DNA of 64,000 nucleotides, taken from Macrostomum lignano. Taxonomy: Eukaryota. Shown piece by piece: positions 54,397 to 64,000 of this stretch. Below the pieces are notes generated by a model. It did not search any database. It was not told where the DNA came from and saw nothing but the letters and a program-made list of their open reading frames with translations. The stretch covers positions 27,534 through 91,533 of the forward strand of contig NIVC01001165.1 of NCBI GenBank assembly GCA_002269645.1. The letters run 5' to 3'. Every line of letters begins with the position of its first letter. Position 1 is the stretch's first letter. The translations under genes were made by a program, and so were the position numbers.

Positions 54397-55469
54397 CTCT
54401 TACGACTGTCTGTGTGTTTAGCGGGACCTGAGTTATGTTAATGCGTTACGTGGACCACGCAATTCCGGTTAAAAAATAGAGTCTGTTTTGACAACGCGAA
54501 AGGCTAGCTAGGGTTATCTTTTTGTTAACTTGACGGAATAGCCAGTTCGGGGAAACTGTGGTGGTTCACTAACTACGTTTTGGGGACCGGGTTAGGTGGA
54601 CCGCAAAAAAACAGTTGGTTTAGTTAGACCTCTTTCGTTGTAGAAAATTTATTGCTTTAAACTGTTCTTTTGAACTAATTAAAACAGAAATTCTCAAAAA
54701 GAACAGATAAAGGGTTACGACGTCATTTAATGAAAATATCCCAAGTTCAAACCAATTTATTTAGCATTACTAATCGGGTTAATCGGGTTAAACAAATGTA
54801 CGATCGCATTAGTTAGTTGCGTCGCGTGAATACAAGAAGGTGAATGAAAATAAAGCATTTTGAAAATAAATACCGAATCATATCAAATACTAACTGTAAA
54901 CTCATTAAAACTAATTTAGGTCAAAATGTATGCTTCAAATACATGTTAACAAACGTAAGATTCCATTAGTTAAAAAAGGTCATCCGAGTACGAGCCTACA
55001 AGAAGTTGAAGGGCATTTTTAATAATGACAAAAGTTACTAAAACTGAAATTAAATTGATTTGACTACATCAGTCCTATTATACTGAATGAGTTGGTGAGC
55101 AATCATATGATAAGCCAATCATTTTACCGACTTTCATCTTTTCGTTCACGCAGATGATGGCTTAATCTTCTTATTTTTTCTACGAAATATTCTCCTGGAC
55201 CTTCCCTGCCTCCGTGGTCCGGGACCGCTTCTGTTATTGATCTGTCATTGCCTCTCTCACGAATTTCAGCTTACTCAGCCATCGAATCCGCTTTCGTCAG
55301 CTCAGCTCTATGATGAACCTTTCTATATTTCTCGTCAATTAGTGGTTTGGATCTTCTTTTACAGTTCGTTTTAACCTTCATCTCGGTGAAACGCAGTCAG
55401 TCTCGTCGAGCTCAGGCGAACAAAATCAACCACAGGCTCCTTCAAAGGTAGAAAATAAAATTAACTGAC

Positions 55470-58400
55470 AATCAAACAGACACAGAAATCTGTTCTAGTT
55501 GTGTCTGTAGGTTAGGTGGACCACCTTCTGAGAGACAAAGCCTCAAACAGACTGAGAGAGCTGCTTCAGTTGTGTCTGTAGGTTATGTGGACCACCTAAG
55601 AGCCAGAGCCTCAAACAGACAGAGAAATCTGTTCGAGTTGTGTCTGTAGGTTAGGTGGACCAGCTATTCTACAGCACTTCTAGGCGATAATCTGAGCCAG
55701 GAATCTCCGAGAGCCTCTCGTTACACATCCAGATGTTCTGCCTTGATGCTGGACTAGCTCACTTTCTAGGAATCTGTTCTGATTGCATTCTAACAAACTG
55801 AAGCATTCTCGGCACTAAACTTTCTCGGCGGCTCTGAGAGCCAGAGCCTTAAACAGACAGAGAAATCTGTTCGAGTTGTGTCTGTAGGTTAGGTGGACCA
55901 GCTACTGAGAGCCAAAGCCTCAAACAGACTGAGAGAGCTGCTTCAGTTGTGTCTGTAGGTTATGTGGACCACCTAAGAGCCAGAGCCTCAAACAGACAGA
56001 GAAATCTGTTCGAGTTGTGTCTGTAGGTTAGGTGGACCAGCTACTCCACAGCACTTCTAGGCGACAATCTGAGCCAGGAATCTCCGAGAGCCTCTCTTTA
56101 CACATCCAGATGTTCTGCCTTGATGCTGGACTAGCTCACTTTCTAGGAATCTGTTCTGATTGCATTCTAACAAACTGAAGCATTCTCGGCACTAAACTTT
56201 CTCGGCGGCTCTGAGAGCCAGAGCCTTAAACAGACAGAGAAATCTGTTCGAGTTGTGTCTGTAGGTTAGGTGGACCAGCTACTGAGAGCCAAAGCCTCAA
56301 ACAGACTGAGAGAGCTGCTTCAGTTGTGTCTGTAGGTTATGTGGACCACCTAAGAGCCAGAGCCTCAAACAGACAGAGAAATCTGTTCGAGTTGTGTCTG
56401 TAGGTTAGGTGGACCAGCTATTCTACAGCACTTCTAGGCGATAATCTGAGCCAGGAATCTCCGAGAGCCTCTCGTTACACATCCAGATGTTCTGCCTTGA
56501 TGCTGGACTAGCTCACTTTCTAGGAATCTGTTCTGATTGCATTCTAACAAACTGAAGCATTCTCGGCACTAAACTTTCTCGGCGGCTCTGAGATCCAGAG
56601 CCTCAGACAGACAGAGAAATCTGATCGAGTTGTGTCTGTAGGTTAGGTGGACCAGCTATTCTACAGCACTTCTAGGCGACAATCTGAGCCAGGAATCTCC
56701 GAGAGCCTCTCTTTACACATCCAGATGTTCTGCCTTGATGCTGGACTAGCTCACTTTCTAGGAATCTGTTCTGATTGCATTCTAACAAACTGAAGCATTC
56801 TCGGCACTAAACTTTCTCGGCGGCTCTGAGAGCCAGAGCCTTAAACAGACAGAGAAATCTGTTCGAGTTGTGTCTGTAGGTTAGGTGGACCAGCTACTGA
56901 GAGCCAAAGCCTCAAACAGACTGAGAGAGGCGTTCAGTTGTGTCTGTAGGTTATGTGGACCACCTAAGAGCCAGAGCCTCAAACAGACAGAGAAATCTGT
57001 TCGAGTTGAGTCTGTAGGTTAGGTGGACCAGCTACTCCACAGCACTTCTAGGCGACAATCTGAGCCAGGAATCTCCGAGAGCCTCTCTTTACACATCCAG
57101 ATGTTCTGCCTTGATGCTGGACTAGCTCACTTTCTAGGAATCTGTTCTGATTGCATTCTAACAAACTGAAGCATTCTCGCACTAAACTTTCTCGGCGGCT
57201 CTGAGAGCCAGAGCCTTAAACAGACAGAGAAATCTGTTCGAGTTGTGTCTGTAGGTTAGGTGGACCAGCTACTGAGAGCCAAAGCCTCAAACAGACTGAG
57301 AGAGCTGCTTCAGTTGTGTCTGTAGGTTATGTGGACCACCTAAGAGCCAGAGCCTCAAACAGACAGAGAAATCTGTTCAAGTTGTGTCTGTAGGTTAGGT
57401 GGACCAGCTATTCTACAGCACTTCTAGGCGATAATCTGAGCCAGGAATCTCCGAGAGCCTCTCGTTACACATCCAGATGTTCTGCCTTGATGCTGGACTA
57501 GCTCACTTTCTAGGAATCTGTTCTGATTGCATTCTAACAAACTGAAGCATTCTCGGCACTAAACTTTCTCGGCGGCTCTGAGATCCAGAGCCTCAGACAG
57601 ACAGAGAAATCTGTTCGAGTTGTGTCTGTAGGTTAGGTGGACCAGCTATTCTACAGCACTTCTAGGCGATAATCTGAGCCAGGAATCTCCGAGAGCCTCT
57701 CTTTACACATCCAGATGTTCTGCCTTGATGCTGGACTAGCTCACTTTCTAGGAATCTGTTCTGATTGCATTCTAACAAACTGAAGCATTCTCGGCACTAA
57801 ACTTTCTCGGCGGCTCTGAGAGCCAGAGCCTTAAACAGACAGAGAAATCTGTTCGAGTTGTGTCTGTAGGTTAGGTGGACCAGCTACTGAGAGCCAAAGC
57901 CTCAAACAGACTGAGAGAGCTGCTTCAGTTGTGTCTGTAGGTTATGTGGACCACCTAAGAGCCAGAGCCTCAAACAGACAGAGAAATCTGTTCGAGTTGT
58001 GTCTGTAGGTTAGGTGGACCAGCTATTCTACAGCACTTCTAGGCGATAATCTGAGCCAGGAGTCTCCGAGAGCCTCTCGTTACACATCCAGATGTTCTGC
58101 CTTGATGCTGGACTAGCTCACTTTCTAGGAATCTGTTCTGATTGCATTCTAACAAACTGAACCATTCTCGGCACTAAACTTTCTCGGCGGCTCTGAGATC
58201 CAGAGCCTCAAACAGACAGAAATCTGATCGAGTTGTGTCTGTAGGTTAGGTGGACCAGCTACTCCACAGCACTTCTAGGCGACAATCTGAGCCAGGAATC
58301 TCCGAGAGCCTCTCTTTACACATCCAGATGTTCTGCCTTGATGCTGGACTAGCTCACTTTCTAGGAATCTGTTCTGATTGCATTCTAACAAACTGAAGCA

Positions 58401-61400
58401 TTCTCGGCACTAAGCTTTCTCGGCGGCTCTGAGAGCCAGAGCCTTAAACAGACAGAGAAATCTGTTCGAGTTGTGTCTGTAGGTTAGGTGGACCAGCTAC
58501 TGAGAGCCAAAGCCTCAAACAGACTGAGAGAGCTGCTTCAGTTGTGTCTGTAGGTTATGTGGACCACCTAAGAGCCAGAGCCTCAAACAGACAGAGAAAT
58601 CTGTTCGAGTTGTGTCTGTAGGTTAGGTGGACCAGCTACTGAGAGCCAAAGCCTCAAACAGACTGAGAGAGCTGCTTCAGTTGTGTCTGTAGGTTATGTG
58701 GACCACCTAAGAGCCAGAGCCTCAAACAGACAGAGAAATCTGTTCGAGTTGTGTCTGTAGGTTAGGTGGACCAGCTACTCCACAGCACTTCTAGGCGACA
58801 ATCTGAGCCAGGAATCTCCGAGAGCCTCTCTTTACACATCCAGATGTTCTGCCTTGATGCTGGACTAGCTCACTTTCTAGGAATCTGTTCTGATTGCATT
58901 CTAACAAACTGAAGCATTCTCGGCACTAAACTTTCTCGGCGGCTCTGAGATCCAGAGCCTCAGACAGACAGAGAAATCTGATCGAGTTGTGTCTGTAGGT
59001 TAGGTGGACCAGCTACTCCACAGCACTTCTAGGCGACAATCTGAGCCAGGAATCTCCGAGAGCCTCTCTTTACACATCCAGATGTTCTGCCTTGATGCTG
59101 GACTAGCTCACTTTCTAGGAATCTGTTCTGATTACATTCTAACAAACTGAAGCATTCTCGGCACTAAACTTTCTCGGCGGCTCTGAGAGCCAGAGCCTTA
59201 AACAGACAGAGAAATCTGTTCGAGTTGTGTCTGTAGGTTAGGTGGACCAGCTACTGAGAGCCAAAGCCTCAAACAGACTGAGAGAGCTGCTTCAGTTGTG
59301 TCTGTAGGTTATGTGGACCACCTAAGAGCCAGAGCCTCAAACAGACAGAGAAATCTGTTCGAGTTGTGTCTGTAGGTTAGGTGGACCAGCTATTCTACAG
59401 CACTTCTAGGCGATAATCTGAGCCAGGAATCTCCGAGAGCCTCTCGTTACACATCCAGATGTTCTGCCTTGATGCTGGACTGGCTCACTTTCTAGGAATC
59501 TGTTCTGATTGCATTCTAACAAACTGAAGCATTCTCGGCACTAAACTTTCTCGGCGGCTCTGAGATCCAGAGCCTCAGACAGACAGAGAAATCTGTTCGA
59601 GTTGTGTCTGTAGGTTAGGTGGACCAGCTATTCTACAGCACTTCTAGGCGATAATCTGAGCCAGGAATCTCCGAGAGCCTCTCTTTACACATCCAGATGT
59701 TCTGCCTTGATGCTGGACTAGCTCACTTTCTAGGAATCTGTTCTGATTGCATTCTAACAAACTGAAGCATTCTCGGCACTAAACTTTCTCGGCGGCTCTG
59801 AGAGCCAGAGCCTTAAACAGACAGAGAAATCTGTTCGAGTTGTGTCTGTAGGTTAGGTGGACCAGCTACTGAGAGCCAAAGCCTCAAACAGACTGAGAGA
59901 GCTGCTTCAGTTGTGTCTGTAGGTTATGTGGACCACCTAAGAGCCAGAGCCTCAAACAGACAGAGAAATCTGTTCGAGTTGTGTCTGTAGGTTAGGTGGA
60001 CCAGCTATTCTACAGCACTTCTAGGCGATAATCTGAGCAGGAATCTCCGAGAGCCTCTCGTTACACATCCAGATGTTCTGCCTTGATGCTGGACTAGCTC
60101 ACTTTCTAGGAATCTGTTCTGATTGCATTCTAACAAACTGAAGCATTCTCGGCACTAAACTTTCTCGGCGGCTCTGAGATCCAGAGCCTCAGACAGACAG
60201 AGAAATCTGTTCGAGTTGTGTCTGTAGGTTAGGTGGACCAGCTATTCTACAGCACTTCTTGGCGATAATCTGAGCCAGGAATCTCCGAGAGCCTCTCTTT
60301 ACACATCCAGATGTTCTGCCTTGATGCTGGACTAGCTCACTTTCTAGGAATCTGTTCTGATTGCATTCTAACAAACTGAAGCATTCTCGGCACTAAACTT
60401 TCTCGGCGGCTCTGAGAGCCAGAGCCTTAAACAGACAGAGAAATCTGTTCGAGTTGTGTCTGTAGGTTAGGTGGACCAGCTACTGAGAGCCAAAGCCTCA
60501 AACAGACTGAGAGAGCTGCTTCAGTTGTGTCTGTAGGTTATGTGGACCACCTAAGAGCCAGAGCCTCAAACAGACAGAGAAATCTGTTCGAGTTGTGTCT
60601 GTAGGTTAGGTGGACCAGCTACTCCACAGCACTTCTAGGCGACAATCTGAGCAGGAATCTCGAGAGCCTCTCTTTACACATCCAGATGTTCTGCCTTGAT
60701 GCTGGACTAGCTCACTTTCTAGGAATCTGTTCTGATTGCATTCTAACAAACTGAAGCATTCTCGGCACTAAACTTTCTCGGCGGCTCTGAGATCCAGAGC
60801 ATCAGACAGACAGAGAAATCTGATCGAGTTGTGTCTGTAGGTTAGGTGGACCAGCTACTCACAGCACTTCTAGGCGACAATCTGAGCCAGGAATCTCGAG
60901 AGCCTCTCTTTACACATCCAGATGTTCTGCCTTGATGCTGGACTAGCTCACTTTCTAGGAATCTGTTCTGATTACATTCTAACAAACTGAAGCATTCTCG
61001 GCACTAAAACTTTCTCGGCGGCTCTGAGAGCCAGAGCCTTAAACAGACAGAGAAATCTGTTCGAGTTGTGTCTGTAGGTTAGGTGGACCAGCTACTGAGA
61101 GCCAAAGCCTCAAACAGACTGAGAGAGCTGCTTCAGTTGTGTCTGTAGGTTATGTGGACCACCTAAGAGCCAGAGCCTCAAACAGACAGAGAAATCTGTT
61201 CGAGTTGTGTCTGTAGGTTAGGTGGACCAGCTATTCTACAGCACTTCTAGGCGATAATCTGAGCCAGGAATCTCCGAGAGCCTCTCGTTACACATCCAGA
61301 TGTTCTGCCTTGATGCTGGACTGGCTCACTTTCTAGGAATCTGTTCTGATTGCATTCTAACAAACTGAAGCATTCTCGGCACTAAACTTTCTCGGCGGCT

Positions 61401-64000
61401 CTGAGATCCAGAGCCTCAGACAGACAGAGAAATCTGTTCGAGTTGTGTCTGTAGGTTAGGTGGACCAGCTATTCTACAGCACTTCTAGGCGATAATCTGA
61501 GCCAGGAATCTCGAGAGCCTCTCTTTACACATCCAGATGTTCTGCCTTGATGCTGGACTTAGCTCACTTTCTAGGAATCTGTTCTGATTGCATTCTAACA
61601 AACTGAAGCATTCTCGGCACTAAACTTTCTCGGCGGCTCTGAGAGCCAGAGCCTTAAACAGACAGAGAAATCTGTTCGAGTTGTGTCTGTAGGTTAGGTG
61701 GACCAGCTACTGAGAGCCAAAGCCTCAAACAGACTGAGAGAGCTGCTCAGTGTTGTCTGTAGGTTTATGTGGACCACCTAAGAGCCAGAGCCTCAAACAG
61801 ACAGAGAAATCTGTTCGAGTTGTGTCTGTAGGTTAGGTGGACCAGCTACTCCACAGCACTTCTAGGCGACAATCTGAGCCAGGAATCTCCGAGAGCCTCT
61901 CTTTACACATCCAGATGTTCTGCCTTGATGCTGGACTAGCTCACTTTCTAGGAATCTGTTCTGATTGCATTCTAACAAACTGAAGCATTCTCGGCACTAA
62001 ACTTTCTCGGCGGCTCTGAGATCCAGAGCCTCACGACAGACAGAAAATCTGATCGAGTTGTGTCTGTAGGTTAGGTGGACAGCTACTCCACAGCACTTCT
62101 AGGCGACAATCTGAGCCAGGAATCTCCGAGAGCCTCTCTTTACACATCCAGATGTTCTGCCTTGATGCTGGACTAGCTCACTTTCTAGGAATCTGTTCTG
62201 ATTGCATTCTAACAAACTGAAGCATTCTCGGCCACTACTTTCTCGGCGGCTCTGAGAGCCAGAGCCTTAAACAGACAGAGAAATCTGTTCGAGTTGTGTC
62301 TGTAGGTTAGGTGGACCAGCCTACTGAGAGCCAAAGCCTCAAACAGACTGAGAGAGCTGCTTCAGTTGTGTCTGTTAGGTTATGTGGACCACCTAAGAGC
62401 CAGAGCCTCAAACAGACAGAGAAATCTGTTCGAGTTGTGTCTGTAGGTTAGGTGGACCAGCTACTCCACAGCACTTCTAGGCGACAATCTGAGCCAGGAA
62501 TCTCCGAGAGCCTCTCTTTACACATCCAGATGTTCTGCCTTGATGCTGGACTAGCTCACTTTCTAGGAATCTGTTCTGATTGCATTCTAACAAACTGAAG
62601 CATTCCGGCACTAAACTTTCTCGGCGGCTCTGAGATCCAGAGCCTCAGACAGACAGAGAAATCTGATCGAGTTGTGTCTGTAGGTTAGGTGGACCAGCTA
62701 CTCCACAGCACTTCTAGGGACAATCTGAGCCAGGAATCTCCGAGAGCCTCTCTTTACACATCCAGATGTTCTGCCTTGATGCTGGACTAGCTCACTTTCT
62801 AGGAATCTGTTCTGATTGCATTCTAACAAACTGAAGCATTCTCGGCCACTAAACTTTCTCGGCGGCTCTGAGAGCCAGAGCCTTAAACAGACAGAGAAAT
62901 CTGTTCGAGTTGTGTCTGTAGGTTAGGTGGACCAGCTACTGAGAAGCCAAAGCCTCAAACAGACTGAGAGAGCTGCTTCAGTTGTGTCTGTAGGTTATGT
63001 GGACCACCTAAGAGCCAGAGCCTCAAACAGACTCCACAGCACTTCTAGGCGACAATCTGAGCCAGAATCTCCGAGAGCTCTCTTTACACATCCAGATGTT
63101 CTGCCTTGATGCTGGACTAGCTCACTTTCTAGGAATCTGTTCTGATTGCATTCTAACAAACTGAAGCATTCTCGGCCACTAAACTTTTCTCGGCGGCTCT
63201 GAGATCCAGAGCCTCAGACAGACAGAGAAATCTGATCGAGTTGTGTCTGTAGGTTAGGTGGACCAGCTACTCCACAGCACTTCTAGGCGACAATCTGAGC
63301 CAGGAATCTCGAGAAGCCTCTTCTTTACACATCCAGATGTTCTGCCTTGATGCTGGACTAGCTCACTTTTCTAGGAATCTGTTCTGATTCATTCTAACAA
63401 ACTGAAGCATTTCTCGGCACAAACTTTCTCGGCGGCTCTGAGAGCCAGAGCTTAAACAGACAGAGAAATCTGTTCGAGTTGTGTCTGTAGGTTAGGTGGA
63501 CCACCTGAGAGCCAAAGCCTCAAACAGACTGAGAGAGCTGTTTCAGTTGTGTCTGTAGGTTATGTGGACCACCTAAGAGCCAGAGCCTCAAACAGACAGA
63601 GAAATCTGTTCGAGTTGTGTCTGTAGGTTAGGTGGACCAGCTATTCTACAGCACTTCTAGGCGATAATCTGAGCCAGGAATCTCCGAGAGCCTCTCGTTA
63701 CACATCCAGATGTTCTGCCTTGATGCTGGACTAGCTCACTTTCTAGGAATCTGTTCTGATTGCATTCTAACAAACTGAAGCATTCTCGGCACTAAACTTT
63801 TCTCGGCGGCTCTGAGATCCAGAGCCTCAGACAGACAGAGAAATCTGTTCGAGTTGAGTCTGTAGGTTAGGTGACCAGCTATTCTACAGCACTTCTAGGC
63901 GATAATCTGAGCCAGGAATCTCCGAGAGCCTCTCTTTACACATCCAGATGTTCTGCCTTGATGCTGGACTAGCTCACTTTCTTAGGAATCTGTTCTGATT
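55470..64000. repeat. Complex satellite (>8.5 kb), 238- and 377-bp units, runs off the window end
   Basis: Spacing of the AAGCATTCTC marker: 377, 377, 238, 376, 376, 238, 377, 236, 516, 238, 377, 238, 376, 238... Confidence 0.97.

Noticed and set aside
55140-55400. Possible minus-strand coding fragment or next TMEM62 exon
   Set aside because: All frames I translated are short and interrupted, with no recognisable motif and no match to the expected TMEM62 continuation.
55470-64000. CRISPR-like array of repeats separated by longer segments
   Set aside because: The intervening segments are themselves identical repeats, not unique spacers. The context is eukaryotic and there are no cas genes.

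Overview
Eukaryotic (metazoan) genomic DNA, not prokaryotic. GC3-rich coding exons are separated by GT-AG introns stuffed with mini- and microsatellites, and TTAGGG arrays are present. The style is consistent with a flatworm such as Macrostomum lignano, but that is inference only. Four protein-coding genes were rebuilt by hand from splice sites and reading phase. (1) The 3' two-thirds of an integrin alpha chain (+, 1042-17214, 11 firm exons plus 2 candidate cassette exons) with an atypical PFFKR instead of GFFKR. (2) An intronless type II membrane GT-A glycosyltransferase (+, 22663-23868). (3) An intronless TMEM272-like membrane protein (-, 27668-28213). (4) TMEM62, a calcineurin-like metallophosphoesterase (+, 40921 to beyond 53468, 6 exons, 3' end outside the window). 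The most striking non-genic structure is a cluster of non-autonomous Helitron-like elements joined head-to-tail at exact CTAG|TC junctions (28647-36990+ on +, 42923-49250 on -). Each carries its own internal satellite arrays and tRNA-like remnants. Other notable items: a 20-bp minisatellite that multiplies the splice donor of a TMEM62 exon, a possible stop-codon-neutral intron in the integrin, several MITE/foldback elements, a 1.7-kb pure (TCTA)n tract fused to a dead LINE RT fragment, and a >8.5-kb satellite with nested higher-order periodicity. All coordinates were counted by eye and no database searches were run.
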